Assembly: GCA_017509565.1 (NCBI GenBank)
Contig: JAFWPM010000115.1
Location: 8,401 to 72,400, forward strand
From: Kiritimatiellia bacterium
Lineage (GTDB): Bacteria > Verrucomicrobiota > Kiritimatiellia > RFP12 > JAAYLN01
Direction of reading: 5' to 3'
Length of the DNA stretch: 64,000 bases
In this document: positions 8,313 to 19,200 of the stretch, in pieces
Position numbering within the stretch: position 1 is the stretch's first letter
Layout of the letters: each line of letters starts with the position of its first letter
Position numbers and translations under genes: made by a program
Notes under the pieces: model-generated
Seen by the model: the letters and a program-made list of their open reading frames with translations, nothing else
The model's database searches: none
Told to the model about the DNA's origin: nothing

Positions 8313-9633
8313 GCGCCCCCACCAGGTTGTGCATGTAGCTGTCGGTCATGCCGACTACGAAGTCAAGCACCACGTGCGCCCACCACGACTTCGGGTAGGC
8401 GAGGTGCCTTTCGTAAAATTCCTCGGACCACGCCAGGTCGATGAGGCGGCGTGAAAGGAAGTCGAGCCCGGAATAGGGCGTCCCGACCTTTCCGAGAAGT
8501 CCGGCGTACTTGTCGAAGAGCGCCGAGAACTCCTGGTAGGCCCCGATTTCGGAGACCACCTTGTGCGGGGTCTTGAACACCACCTTGTACTGGGCGCGCC
8601 AGTCGTCCATGGCCGCCCTGGTGGATTCGTCCACGTTCCGGTCCAGCGGCCCGACCGGGACGCCGTCCATTATTTCGCCGTACTTCTCCCTGAACGCCGC
8701 GGCGAAGGCGTGGACAAGGCGCTCGATGGCCATGGCGCGCAGGAACTGCACCGGGCTCTTTTCCGAAAGCTTCATCTCCGCGGCCATGCCGTCGGGGAAG
8801 AGGCGAAGCACCAGGCGCTTAACGTCGCCCTCCCGCAGCACATGGAGCGCGATTGCGTCCTCCATGTCGGCCAGCAGGTAGCAGATGTCGTCCGCGGCCT
8901 CCACGAGATATGAAAGCGGGTGCCGGACATACCCACCGCCGCGCTTCAGCCCAAGCGCGGACATCGCGCAGTCGAACGCGACGGCCTCTGAGGAGAACGC
9001 CGCGCACTTGCCGGCCCCTTCGGCCTCCGGCGAACCAATCCGGAATGGGTACTTAACACCGGCGCCAAGCGCGGCGAGCGTCAGCCTGAAATAGGAGGAG
9101 TCGCGGAGGTCGGAACGGCTCAGCAGGCGAAACGTCTGCGCGTTGCCGTCGTATAGGCGGAAATCGGCGGCGGCGTCGGGCGGTAGGATGCTGGCGGCCC
9201 CCTCCCCGCCCGCCCACTGGCGGATGGCGAACTCCCCGGCATGGCCGTATGGCGGGTTGCCCAGGTCGTGGGCGAGTGCGGCCGTGCGGACAATCCAGGC
9301 GACGGCCTCGGTCTGCCCCGCGTCAAGTCCCACCTCTGAAACGAAGAACCGGTCCAGTTCGCGCACCAGCGAGTAGGCGACAGTCGAGACTTCAAGGGAA
9401 TGGGTCAGGCGATTGTGGACATAGTCGACGCTTGAAAAGGGGTGGACCTGCGTCTTGCCGGCGAGCCGGCGCGTCGCGGCCGAAAAAATCACGCGGCCGT
9501 AGTCGGCCTCGAACGGGGTGCGAGCAGACGCGGCCGCCGAGGGCCTGGCCTCCGCGACGGCTGCGCCGCCGGCGGCAAGGTCGATTCCTGTTTTCAATCT
9601 CTCTGAGGACAGCAGTTTTTTCCAATCCAGCAT
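8305..9633 (-). CDS. dgt: dGTP triphosphohydrolase-like HD-domain protein
   Basis: RLTHSLEVS ... HDLGNPPYGH ... C-terminal DFVVGMTDSY, characteristic of the dGTPase family. Confidence 0.85.
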   Translation of the reverse strand: MLDWKKLLSSERLKTGIDLAAGGAAVAEARPSAAASARTPFEADYGRVIFSAATRRLAGKTQVHPFSSVDYVHNRLTHSLEVSTVAYSLVRELDRFFVSEVGLDAGQTEAVAWIVRTAALAHDLGNPPYGHAGEFAIRQWAGGEGAASILPPDAAADFRLYDGNAQTFRLLSRSDLRDSSYFRLTLAALGAGVKYPFRIGSPEAEGAGKCAAFSSEAVAFDCAMSALGLKRGGGYVRHPLSYLVEAADDICYLLADMEDAIALHVLREGDVKRLVLRLFPDGMAAEMKLSEKSPVQFLRAMAIERLVHAFAAAFREKYGEIMDGVPVGPLDRNVDESTRAAMDDWRAQYKVVFKTPHKVVSEIGAYQEFSALFDKYAGLLGKVGTPYSGLDFLSRRLIDLAWSEEFYERHLAYPKSWWAHVVLDFVVGMTDSYMHNLVGALA

Positions 9634-9680
9634 GGCAAAGCGGCTCCAAGCACAAGTAAACTATAGCAAAAAAGGCATGG
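9634..9680 (-). promoter_or_regulatory. candidate sigma70 extended -10 promoter for dgt (TTTTTTGCTATAGT on the minus strand)
   Basis: Minus-strand sequence TTTTTTGCTATAGT, about 28 nt upstream of the dgt ATG. It is the same TTTGCTATAAT-like motif seen upstream of the FHA gene, argG and purD. Confidence 0.4.
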
Positions 9681-9800
9681 TGAACGCAAGAAGTCTGTAT
9701 GGTTGGGGTGTGGAAAATTTCAGCGGCATTCGCCGAAAACTCCAACATGCGACGGCATTTGCCTTGCCATGACGAAATCTATGCCATCCGAAACTCCTGC

Positions 9801-9830
9801 TGTCAATAAATTGTCTGTCCCTTTATGCTC
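9801..9830. repeat. 30-bp dispersed repeat, copy R1 (TGTCAATAAATTGTCTGTCCCTTTATGCTC)
   Basis: Near-identical to the copies at 36184, 36384 and 55430/55458. It sits between the GH42 stop and the dgt start. Confidence 0.6.
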
Positions 9831-9881
9831 CACCTCTGCGTCCATGCGTAAGACAAACCTTGGGGGTGTCCCCGTTGCGCC

Positions 9882-12017
9882 CTAGCGATTGACGAACAGC
9901 GCCGCCGTTTGGGGGCGGAGCGTTTTTGGTTCGCCGCCAAACAGCTCCTTCCAGCTCCCCGGAGGCAGGCGCACGGGGAGTTCACATTCTCCGTCGTTGA
10001 CGAGGACGGCGAATCGCATGGTCCCGGTTTCGTCGGTCAGGGTGTCGATGTGCATTCCCCCGGCATCGTCCGCCGCCGCTCCGGCGGACGCAAGAACCGC
10101 CGAAAGGGTATGGCGGAGAAACGTGTCGTCGCCCTTTCCGGTGGCGGCCGTCCCGAGCTGGGTGCCGAAGTAGAACACGGCCCCGCCGGAGGCCGTCCGC
10201 ACGCGCACGGCCACCGGCGCGCCGCCGAACCGTGCCAGCACCTCTCCGCTCGCCGTCGTCAGTTGGGCGAAGTCAAACGCGCCAAGCCCCTTCGCCCCGT
10301 CTGCGGCGTCGAAGGCGAAGAAATCGCTTCCGCAGACGCCGGAACTCCGGAGCGCCTTCGAGACGTCGTCCGCGCCATCCGACGCGACGGCGGCGGTGTC
10401 CGCGGACGGCAAATGGACGGCCGCCGTGGCCTCCTCCTCGCGCACGCCCCACTCCTCCGCAAGGCCATGCCCCGGCACCGCCGGCGAGAAGCGCCCGGTG
10501 TCGGCATCGTATGCGCCCAGGTTCATCTCGGAGAGGATGGTCTTGCCCGCGTCCGCGAAGGCCCTGATGGCCGCCGCGTCCTGTCCGCGGAGATACATGG
10601 CCTGGGGCAGGATCAGCACGTCGGCCGACTTCCCCGCCCCGGCTTCGAGCATCTCCGTGTCGCAGAGGGCGAACGGCACATTGAGCCGGTAGAGGGCATC
10701 GCACCAGGCGCCCAAGCCGTCGTGGTAGCGCTTCACGCCGTTGTAGCGGCAGTAGTGGAAGGTCTCGTTGTCCGCGCTTCGCCAGACGAGGACGCGCGGC
10801 GCGGGGCGCCGGCAGCGCAGGAAGGCCGCGGCGTGCGGCTGGAACGCCTTGGCGAACGCCTCGGCATGACGGACGACCGGGCGGTCGGAGCCGTCTGGCC
10901 GCACCAAGCCCCAAGCCGGGGCCTCGCACCCCAGGACTTCGGGACGGAACTGCCAGAAGAGGCAGCCCCTGATGCCCCAGCCAATCTGCGCGAGCTGGTC
11001 GTGCAGGAAGAGATCGCGCCCGACGATGCGCTGGAAGCTTCCGATGGAGCCGAAGTTGAGGTGCCATTCGGCGTTGTAGTAGAATCGGCCCTGCGCGGCG
11101 GAGAGGCCGGCGGCGCAGGCGTAGGGGCCGCCCGTCATGGTCGATCCGAAGATTTCGCATGACCGAGCGAGCGTGAAGTCGTCCACCGCGACGGCCGGGG
11201 AGAAGGCACCGGTGGCCGTCACCACGTGCAGGTGCGGATGCCTTCCGGGATCGACCTCGCGCAGCAGGTCCAGCCGCCACGCGGCGTCCCGGTGCAGCAC
11301 GTCGCGCTGGAAGGCGCGCCAGTCTATGAAGTCGGAGACGCAGCTGGCCTGGACGGGCGCCTCCACGGCGTCGAAGGACGTGTAGCAGCGCCCCCAGACG
11401 GCGTTTAGCCGCCCGATGGAGCCGTACCGCCTGGAGAGCCACTCGCGGAAGGCGCGCCTGCAGTTCCCGCAGAAGCAGAGCGCGGGCATGGCGTCGTTCG
11501 TGCGGTGCGCCGCCATGCGTTCCGGTTCGTTCCAGACGTCCCATGCGAGAAGCGCGGGCGCGTCCCTGAAATGCTCGAAGGCGGCCCGCGCGAAGCGCTG
11601 GCGCTTCTCCGTCACCACCCGGTGGGAGTAGCAGGGGCCGGGATAGCCGCCAAGCTGGCGGAAACAGGGGGCGGTCGCGCCGACGCGCCGCCCGTCGGCA
11701 TCGACCATCATCGCGTCGGGATGGTCGCGCTCCACCCACTCCGGCATCACGTCCAGAATCAGGTTGAGAATCACATGGAGGCCGTGCCTGGCCGCCAGGC
11801 GCATGAGTTCGTCGAGGTCGTCCCAGAAGTATTCGCCCTCCCGCCGTTCGCTCCAGCGCCACTGGACCCAGAACTTGACAGTGTTGAACCCCTTGTGCCT
11901 CATGTTCGCCAGATCGCCGTCCCAGTTTTCGCGGGCCGGCGTCGGCGCGCGGTAGTATTGCGCGCCGTAGAGGAAGGGAAGCTCGGCCATAGGGGGCCGC
12001 TCGGATGGTAGATTCAT
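9882..12017 (-). CDS. GH42-like beta-galactosidase (GH-A clan TIM barrel)
   Basis: 711 aa. N-terminal YGAQYYRAPTP...GFNTVKF is like the GH42 start, WDVWNEPE is the acid/base region, and the size fits GH42. The family is assigned by motif only. Confidence 0.65.
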   Translation of the reverse strand: MNLPSERPPMAELPFLYGAQYYRAPTPARENWDGDLANMRHKGFNTVKFWVQWRWSERREGEYFWDDLDELMRLAARHGLHVILNLILDVMPEWVERDHPDAMMVDADGRRVGATAPCFRQLGGYPGPCYSHRVVTEKRQRFARAAFEHFRDAPALLAWDVWNEPERMAAHRTNDAMPALCFCGNCRRAFREWLSRRYGSIGRLNAVWGRCYTSFDAVEAPVQASCVSDFIDWRAFQRDVLHRDAAWRLDLLREVDPGRHPHLHVVTATGAFSPAVAVDDFTLARSCEIFGSTMTGGPYACAAGLSAAQGRFYYNAEWHLNFGSIGSFQRIVGRDLFLHDQLAQIGWGIRGCLFWQFRPEVLGCEAPAWGLVRPDGSDRPVVRHAEAFAKAFQPHAAAFLRCRRPAPRVLVWRSADNETFHYCRYNGVKRYHDGLGAWCDALYRLNVPFALCDTEMLEAGAGKSADVLILPQAMYLRGQDAAAIRAFADAGKTILSEMNLGAYDADTGRFSPAVPGHGLAEEWGVREEEATAAVHLPSADTAAVASDGADDVSKALRSSGVCGSDFFAFDAADGAKGLGAFDFAQLTTASGEVLARFGGAPVAVRVRTASGGAVFYFGTQLGTAATGKGDDTFLRHTLSAVLASAGAAADDAGGMHIDTLTDETGTMRFAVLVNDGECELPVRLPPGSWKELFGGEPKTLRPQTAALFVNR

Positions 12018-12080
12018 GGGAACGATGATATCACTTGCCCATGCGTCCCGCTACACCGTTTTGCGCATCGTGGATTTATC
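12018..12080 (-). promoter_or_regulatory. conserved leader/promoter element upstream of the GH42 gene
   Basis: Minus-strand GGATAAATCC..TTTGCGCAAAACGGTGTAGCGGGACGCATGGG..AGTGATATCAT-7nt-ATG. The same pieces recur upstream of the hydrolase at 19551 and the regulator at 36057. Confidence 0.35.
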
Positions 12081-12216
12081 CATTCGAGCAACGAAGCGCG
12101 CCGCCGGACGGGAGGGACGCGCTTCCGCGCGACCACGGTGAGGACGGCGTCTTCCGTTCCCGGCCTTGTATTCGGCGGGTTCCTCGCAAGGGGCGCAAAG
12201 CGAGGCTTCGCTTCCG

Positions 12217-13284
12217 TCATGGAGTTGGCTGCGGAGCAGAGGTTACGAGGACGGCGGCGTTGACCGGATCCCCGGAATACCAGGCGACGAAATGGCGTCC
12301 GCCGGACGAGGTGGAGTTGGCGTTGCCAGAGTCGTGCGGACGCACCTTGCCGCCTTGCGCAAGGATTTCCGGCACTGGCCAGGCCATCGGGTTGGCGGCG
12401 ATGTCGGCGGCTTTCGCTACACGGCGCTTGAGCAGTCCGGGACCGCGCTCGTAGTAGTAGCAGGAGAGGAGTCCCGTCGCCGGATCGAAGACAAGGGAGG
12501 GCGTCGAGGCATTGACGTCCGTGATGTTGGTGCGATGCTTCGTCCAGCTCGCCCCTCCGTCGTTGGAGAGGAGTTGGAGTTGCCCCGCATGGCAAATTTC
12601 AGTGCGGGTGACGGCGAGGATGCGTCCGTCCGGGAGAACGACGGCCGAGGGTTCTGTCGGCCACTCGGACTTCGGCATGCCCAGTTCAACCGTGTGCTGT
12701 TCCCAAGTGGAGCCGTTGTCACGGCTCATGAGCGTTCCCCACGCATTGCGCGCGTCGTCGCAGTAGTTTCCCGCGAACCAAAGAGACATCAGGACTCCGC
12801 CCGGAAGACGGAGGACGTCGGTGATTTGTATGGGCTCGGGGTCGAGTGACGGCGAGGCGACCCTCTCCCAGACAAGGCCGGCGGAAGATCGGTAGAGGCC
12901 GTGGAAAGTGCCGGTGTCCCAGCCTCCGGCTCCCTGCCGGCGAACCCAGAGGAGCATTGCACCGGAAGCATCCAACCCCTTGCCGACGACGCACTCCCCC
13001 CATTCCGGGGAATCCGCCACGCAAACAGGTTCGCCCCACGACGCGCCACCGTCGTCGGAGACGCGGGCAAACGCCCCGCGGGATCCTTCGCCGGTTGAGT
13101 GCCCCTTGCCGCTGCTGTAGGCGCATACGACGCGCCCTCCGTCCAGAGCCTGGACCATGGGCCAGGAGTTGTAGCCGGGACGGTTCTCCACCATGCGGGT
13201 GGGGAACTCGGAGTTGGCGAAGAGGTCGGACGCCGCCAAAGATGCAACCAGGGACATGGAAAAACCGTTCAGGAGCGACGCTTT
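12217..13284 (-). CDS. BNR/Asp-box repeat glycosidase (sialidase-like, secreted)
   Basis: Signal peptide MKASLLNGFSMSLVASLAA. Three Asp-boxes: SDDGGASW, SRDNGSTW, SNDGGASW. No FRIP motif was seen, so sialidase specificity is tentative. Confidence 0.7.
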   Translation of the reverse strand, partial: KASLLNGFSMSLVASLAASDLFANSEFPTRMVENRPGYNSWPMVQALDGGRVVCAYSSGKGHSTGEGSRGAFARVSDDGGASWGEPVCVADSPEWGECVVGKGLDASGAMLLWVRRQGAGGWDTGTFHGLYRSSAGLVWERVASPSLDPEPIQITDVLRLPGGVLMSLWFAGNYCDDARNAWGTLMSRDNGSTWEQHTVELGMPKSEWPTEPSAVVLPDGRILAVTRTEICHAGQLQLLSNDGGASWTKHRTNITDVNASTPSLVFDPATGLLSCYYYERGPGLLKRRVAKAADIAANPMAWPVPEILAQGGKVRPHDSGNANSTSSGGRHFVAWYSGDPVNAAVLVTSAPQPTP

Positions 13285-13401
13285 CATGATTTCAACTCGT
13301 TGAGAACAATGCCTGAGACGCGGCGTACGCCGAAAAGAGGGTGATCCTTGAAAAGCTCTTGACTCGATACGCAAAAATACTAGCAAACCGCCTCGTAAAA
13401 C

Positions 13402-14694
13402 TCAAAATCCTGCAAGGCAGGTCTGTATGTCTGCGTGTTTACCACTAGGGATGCGGCCATTCGCGGAGAGAGCTGGCGGAGGCAATGCCCGCACCGACGC
13501 TTCCGCGCCGCGGATGAACAGGGTGGTTCCTGCCACCCACGGGGCGGCGCCGAGTGTGACGTTCGGGCGGAGATCCATTGTTTCGCGAAGGGCCGACGGG
13601 GCGGGGCCGGGTTCATGGCGCAAGGCGCAGCGCTCCAGCGCGACTCCGCGCACGTTGCCGCCCTCTCCCATGACAAGCCCGGGACTTTCGCAGACAAACG
13701 AGCAGTCGCGGAAGGTCACGCCGTCAATGGTCCCCGCCGCTCCGGCGCCGCTCACGACGAACGGTTCGCCGTTTCCCCACCAGTCGCCGGCGAAGATTCG
13801 CGTCTCGGCCCGCACCCGCTCGAACAGGATGTCCGAAATGGCACCACCGCTTTTTCGCGCGTAAACGCAGACGCCCCGGTTGGTGTCGGCAATCTCGATG
13901 TCCCGGAAAAGGACATGGCTTGCGTTATGGCCCACGCGGATCGCCGCCGAGCGCGAACGCATCCGGCACCGCTCGACGAGGATGTCGCGGCATTCGCCGT
14001 CGGGATGCGTGATGCACGTCGCCGCGAAACAGTCGTCACCGCACGAAAAGTCGCAGTCCCGGACGCGAATCCGGCGCGAGGCGGAGAAATGGACGCCGTC
14101 GCTGTTGGGAATGCGCAGGTTGTTGTCAATGGACACGCGCTCGACCTCAACGTCCTCGCAGTCCGAGAAGGTAAAGGTCCAGCACGGGGAATCGACCGCC
14201 TTGACGTCGTGGATTCGGACATGGCGGCATGAGTCGAAGAAGACGGGTTGCGACGGGCGTTTCCTCACGGGGCAAATCGTCTCGGCGACGAGTTCCGGCG
14301 ACGGATCGGCAAGGACCGCGCCGTTGCGGAAGCGCGGCGGCGCGTCCCAGTCCATGAAGGCCGAGCCGTTGAACCGGATCGTCCCGCCTCCACGGATTTC
14401 CACGTCCTCGGCGCCGAGGGCGAAAATGAGAGAAAGCGTCTCCCCCATCTCGCGGTGGTGAAAGCCGCAGTCGCGGTAGTCGGCGATGTCCGGCGACCCC
14501 TCCAGCACGGCGTCGGGCGCGATTTCGAGGATGGTGCCGGAATGCAGTTCGAGCGTCCCGGACCGGAACGTCCCGCCGCTTAGGCGCACCGCGACGCCGC
14601 GCGGGGCGGCGTCGATGGCGCGCTGAAGCGCCGCCGTGTCAAGCGTCGCCCCGTCGGCGAGCGCGCCGAACGCTCTGGAATCAATTGCGGTCAT
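13402..14694 (-). CDS. GH28-like right-handed beta-helix glycoside hydrolase (polygalacturonase-like)
   Basis: 430 aa with NSDGVHF ... RDCDFSCGDDC ... GHNASHVLFRDIEI, a GH28-type pattern. Confidence 0.65.
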   Translation of the reverse strand: MTAIDSRAFGALADGATLDTAALQRAIDAAPRGVAVRLSGGTFRSGTLELHSGTILEIAPDAVLEGSPDIADYRDCGFHHREMGETLSLIFALGAEDVEIRGGGTIRFNGSAFMDWDAPPRFRNGAVLADPSPELVAETICPVRKRPSQPVFFDSCRHVRIHDVKAVDSPCWTFTFSDCEDVEVERVSIDNNLRIPNSDGVHFSASRRIRVRDCDFSCGDDCFAATCITHPDGECRDILVERCRMRSRSAAIRVGHNASHVLFRDIEIADTNRGVCVYARKSGGAISDILFERVRAETRIFAGDWWGNGEPFVVSGAGAAGTIDGVTFRDCSFVCESPGLVMGEGGNVRGVALERCALRHEPGPAPSALRETMDLRPNVTLGAAPWVAGTTLFIRGAEASVRALPPPALSANGRIPSGKHADIQTCLAGF

Positions 14695-14731
14695 GACAAT
14701 CTCCCGGTCGGGGCTACTGCTTCCAATGCCC

Positions 14732-16264
14732 CTACCGCATCATGATGACAGTTGCGGTCTTGCCGATGCGGAGATTGCCGCCGGAGATTTTGGCGCCAAG
14801 GCTGTTGCCGCCTGCGCCGTTGACGCGCACGGTCCAGTTCTGGATGTTTTCGGGATTGGCGCAGTCGGCGAACGACACCGCGAGCGTGTCTTCGCCGAAT
14901 CCCTCCGCCGTCGGAGTCGCCGTGGAAAGGTCGATGACGCCCGAGGCGGCCAGCGTCGCGCCGCGGAAGGTGCCGCCGCCAGCGCCGTCCGTCACCGCGA
15001 TATGCGAAAGGACGTCGCTTCCGGCAGCCGCGCCGGAAAGGTCGAACGTCGCGCCGGACACGACGCCGACCGCGCCGCCGTCCTGCGTCAGGGAACCGCA
15101 GGAGAGGTTGCTGCCTGAGACCATGAACGAGCCGCCGGAGACGGTCACGGCGGGGAGGTTCGTCGCGACGACGGTCGCCGCACCTGCGCCCACCTTGCCA
15201 AACGACACGTCGCCGCCGACACGGCCGATCTTGAGGTCGCAGTCGCCGCCGTCCGCGCCGACGATGAGCGTCGCCGCCGTGACGGACGAATTTGTCACAG
15301 TTCCATTGAACCCGGGAGTAGCGTCGAACAGCCCATTCACGAGTTGTGTTGTCCCGCAAAGGTCGATGGTGGGGAGAGACCCCATTGATGTTCCTTTGAA
15401 CTCCATACGTCCGGTCTGGGATCCATTAGGAAGGGCGTAGTCCGCCGTCGTTTTGATCATGCAGGCGTTGGAAACGATGGTTTTTCCCGTGTGCGTCCAA
15501 AAAAACTGGTTCGTCGAAGCCGCCAGTTCAAATGCATATAATTTCCCGTTCTGGTGGTTGTAGAATACGACGTCGCAGCTGCCCTGCGTCTTGAATTTGT
15601 TGCTTCCGACAAGCAATTTCTTCGTTGTATTGTTGTTCATATACCATTGACCGACGCCGAAGTTGACCGATGCGCCGTTGATTCCCTCGAAGGCAAAGGT
15701 TGCATTTGCCATTGGATAGAACATCGAGGATGTCCCCGTCGCTACAATGGCGGCTTCCGAGCCGTCGAAAATGACGCGGGCTACGCCATTGGCATACGTT
15801 TGCCACTGATTCACCCATACACGTGAAAAGTCTCCATCGGTTCGCATTCTGCTTTGAATTCGCATGAAATCGTAATATCCAGAAGCATCCTTGACAGCGG
15901 ATCCCCCGATCACCAATTTGTTTGCGTTGAAGGCATCGTTTCCGGTGACAACGACATGTCCCTTGCCCTTGATTTCGCCAACATACAGCGTTGAACTGCT
16001 TCCAGACAAGACTATGTTTCCACCATTCGCTATGGTCAGCGTCGCTTCGGAGTCGGCCTCGCCCGGAAGATAAAGACCCTTGCCCGTTAGCGTGATCTTG
16101 CCGCCGGCCCCGATCGTGAGGTTCGCGTCATTCACGTGGACCTCGTCATACGAAACGTTCTCTGTCAGCGTCGTATCGGACGACACCGTCCAGTCGGCGG
16201 CCTTGGCCTGCCAGACGGACGAGACCGCGATGGCGGCAGCAATGGTTGCGATGCGAGGATTCAT
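14732..16264 (-). CDS. secreted PATR beta-helix protein with C-terminal ...KTATVIMMR tail
   Basis: Real start MNPRIATIAAAIAVSSVWQAKA (ATG 16262-16264, overlapping the upstream TGA). Gly/Thr/Ser/Asn-rich repeats (GGSFMVSGSN, TVSGGS). C-terminus GKTATVIMMR. Confidence 0.7.
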   Translation of the reverse strand: MNPRIATIAAAIAVSSVWQAKAADWTVSSDTTLTENVSYDEVHVNDANLTIGAGGKITLTGKGLYLPGEADSEATLTIANGGNIVLSGSSSTLYVGEIKGKGHVVVTGNDAFNANKLVIGGSAVKDASGYYDFMRIQSRMRTDGDFSRVWVNQWQTYANGVARVIFDGSEAAIVATGTSSMFYPMANATFAFEGINGASVNFGVGQWYMNNNTTKKLLVGSNKFKTQGSCDVVFYNHQNGKLYAFELAASTNQFFWTHTGKTIVSNACMIKTTADYALPNGSQTGRMEFKGTSMGSLPTIDLCGTTQLVNGLFDATPGFNGTVTNSSVTAATLIVGADGGDCDLKIGRVGGDVSFGKVGAGAATVVATNLPAVTVSGGSFMVSGSNLSCGSLTQDGGAVGVVSGATFDLSGAAAGSDVLSHIAVTDGAGGGTFRGATLAASGVIDLSTATPTAEGFGEDTLAVSFADCANPENIQNWTVRVNGAGGNSLGAKISGGNLRIGKTATVIMMR

Positions 16265-19200
16265 GGTGTTGCTCCTTGTGTTTGGATGGATTGCTGGTTT
16301 GGCGTTTGTCTCGCCGGTGTTTCTTCCCTGCCCAGATGGCCAAAGGGCGCGGCGGTCTTGGTGCCGCCGATGCCCTCCGTCCACTCCCGCCACTCGCGGG
16401 GGCCGCCATCCGAGTCGTTGACGAGGAAGTTGAAGCCGAAGGCGCGCGCGTCCGCCTTGAGCGGATAGAGCTCGCGAACCGGTATGGAAAGGTCGAAGGA
16501 GTAGCCAGACGGCGTGCGCCGGAACGCGATCTCCGCGTCCTGGACAACACCCCGGCGCGTGATGTCGTCGGGCAGTTCGGGGGTTGTGTAGTTGCGGTCC
16601 TTGTAGAGGATGTCGCGCCCGTCCGCCGTGCGCAGGAGGCGGAAGGAGGTGAAGTCCGCGCCGTCGTCGCGCGGGTCGATGGCGAACTGGATCGAATCGT
16701 TGAGCCAGCAGTTCTCCGGGCCATCTGGCGGGTCGAAGGCGTCGTCCTCGACCTCGAAGCGGAGGTGCAGGGAAGGCTGCGGACGCGCCGTGGGCGCGTC
16801 CCTACCACTTTGCGTGTGCTCTGGCAGGGACGTTTCCACGAAATGTCCGCCTAATGCCAATCTCGCCGTCGCGCCGGGAATGGCGATCGGCGGGCCGAAG
16901 GCGTCCGTTCCGAACGCGCCCCTGTGGAGCGCCTTGGATGCGGAATGGGTTTCCGAGATTTGCGCCACGGTGATGTCCCGGACTTCAATCGGCGCGCCGG
17001 CGGCCTGCTCCGAGAAGTCGGCGACGAGGACGAGGCGGAGCGTCGCGGCCTTTTCGTCCGCAATGGTGAAGGTGTCCGCGACGGTTTTCCACTCCGGCCC
17101 GGCGCGGCGGTCGCGGAGGCAGTTGAGTCCCTGCTTTCGCGGCCAGAGTTCTCCACCGTCTGCGTCATGGACGGTGACGATGCCGTCGAGGGTGCCGGCG
17201 CCTCGAATCGCGGCGGCGAAGAGATAGGTGTCGCCATAGCGGACGGGGACCGAATGGGCGACGGTCTCGAAGCGGCGTCCGCTCGCGGTGAAGGCGCGGC
17301 GTCCGGGCGGGACGAGGTTATCGCCGAGCGGATGCGTCGTGGCGGCCTCCGCCCGTGCGGCGGCGCTTTGCGCAAGGGCGGCGCGGATGGCGTCCCAGTC
17401 GCCGCCCTCGACATAGCGCGGGCGCGGCGTGGCGGGGAGGGCGAGAAGACCGTCCGCGCCGGGGGCGGCGGGCGACTCGTTGTCCATGAAGTCAACGGCC
17501 GTGAAGGACCCGCCGCCGAGCGTCGCGCGGAATGCGGCCGGGACGGAAAGCGCGTTCCAGAAGACCGTGACGGGCGTCCCGGCGCGGTCGAAGACGTATG
17601 CCTCGCATTCGCGGGTCGAGAGGTCGCCGACGTAGGCGGCGCCTTCGAGGCGGTGCGTCATGGCGCGGTAGGCGGCGAAGGCCGGGAGCGGCGCGCCGCG
17701 CACGTCGTGGAAGGAGTAGGGGCTGCCCTGGATGAAGGGCTGGAAGGCGAAGGTGCGGGAGACGCCGGCCGCCGCGTCGCGGACATGGAGCTTCACCATT
17801 GCGGAAGCGACGGCAAGCGGGCCGCTCCCGCGCTCCGAATGCCAGTCCATGTCCTCGGAATTCACGATGGCGAGGCCGGGGGCGATGGCGTCGCGCAGGG
17901 CGCGCCAGCCCGCCGCCTTGGAGGAGAAGCGCTTCGCGTTGCCGAGGTAGTGGACGCTCAGCGTGTCGAAGTCGGCGACGCCCCCGGCCGCCGCGACGGT
18001 TTCTTCTAGGAAATGCGCGTCAAGCGGGGCGCCGGGATAGACGCGGCACGCGGGGTCGGCGGCGTGGGCGGCGATGTAGGCGGTCTTGAGGTAGGCGGCG
18101 AAATCCTCCGGGCTTCCCGTGGTCCAGAATGCGCTTGTGTAGCCGGGTTCGTTTCCGATTTCCCAGTCGGAGACCCGCCCCCTGTAGCGGGAGACGAGGC
18201 GGCTCACGAAGTTCGACCAGGCGGCGAGGTCCGACGGGGCGGCCATTTTCCAGCGCGGCTCCCCGGTGACGGTGAGTTTTCCGTCCGCCGAAGGCGAGGT
18301 CCAGCGCGGGACGCCGACGACGTTCACGAGGACGCGGAGGCCGTTTTGGGCGGCCAGGTCGAGCCGTTCGTCGAGTCCGTCCCAGACGTCTCGGCCGCGC
18401 TCCGGTTCGCGGAGCGCCCAGCTCAGGTAGTGCAGGCGCGCCCATTTCGCGCCGGCGAGGCGGGCGCGGCGCAGGGCGCGCTCCGTCCTTTCGCGGCGGA
18501 GCGCGGTGTCGCGCAGGAAATAGCCGTCGCCGCCCACGGCGTGGCAGCCGAAGCGCGACGAGTCGATGAAGCCCTCCTCCGGCGGCTCCAGAACGCAGTA
18601 GGAGGTTGCGGCGGCGGCGCACTGGCGTGGCGACGACGCCTCGTCGTCGCGAAAGGCGGCGGAGACGCCGAACCAGCCGAGACGATCCGCGGGGAGCGCG
18701 GCTTCGCCATGCCCGCCCGCGATTTCCGCCTCGCCCCGGAAGACGACATTCGACGCGATGTCGCGCACCTCGTAGCGGACGAACCCCGCATCTGCGTTGG
18801 AGAGGTGCAGCGCAAGGCGGGCGTCGCCGCCGGGACGGAAAACGCCGTCGGGATCGGAGGACGCGATTTCCAGAAGCGGCTGGAACTCCGGCACGACATC
18901 GGATTCGACAAGCGCGATCGAGTCAAAGGTCACGGACTCGTGCTTGCCCGGGGAGACGACGCGGATCGTCGCGGCGTTGCGTCCGGGGGCGACGGGCATC
19001 GCGAAGTCGTAGGAAAAGCGCGGCGGCGAGCCGTCCGCGCCACGCGCGGGGATGTCGTAGAGGCGGCGGCGGCCGTCGGGGAGGGAGATTTCGACCCCGC
19101 CGGGGCCGTTTTCCGGCATGTGGCCGGCGTTGCAGCATTCGACGCGGAGGATGCGGAAACCGGGCGCGGATTCGTCCCAGAAAAGTTCGAGACCCGTCAC

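Noticed and set aside
10273-11862. 529-aa minus-strand ORF (and similar long ORFs at 5829-6986, 16851-17495, 26704-28074, 29888-30901, 56786-57910, 18013-19533)
   Set aside because: They overlap well-supported genes in another frame and are extremely Arg/Pro/Gly/Ala-rich with no motifs. These are the shadow ORFs expected in GC-rich DNA.
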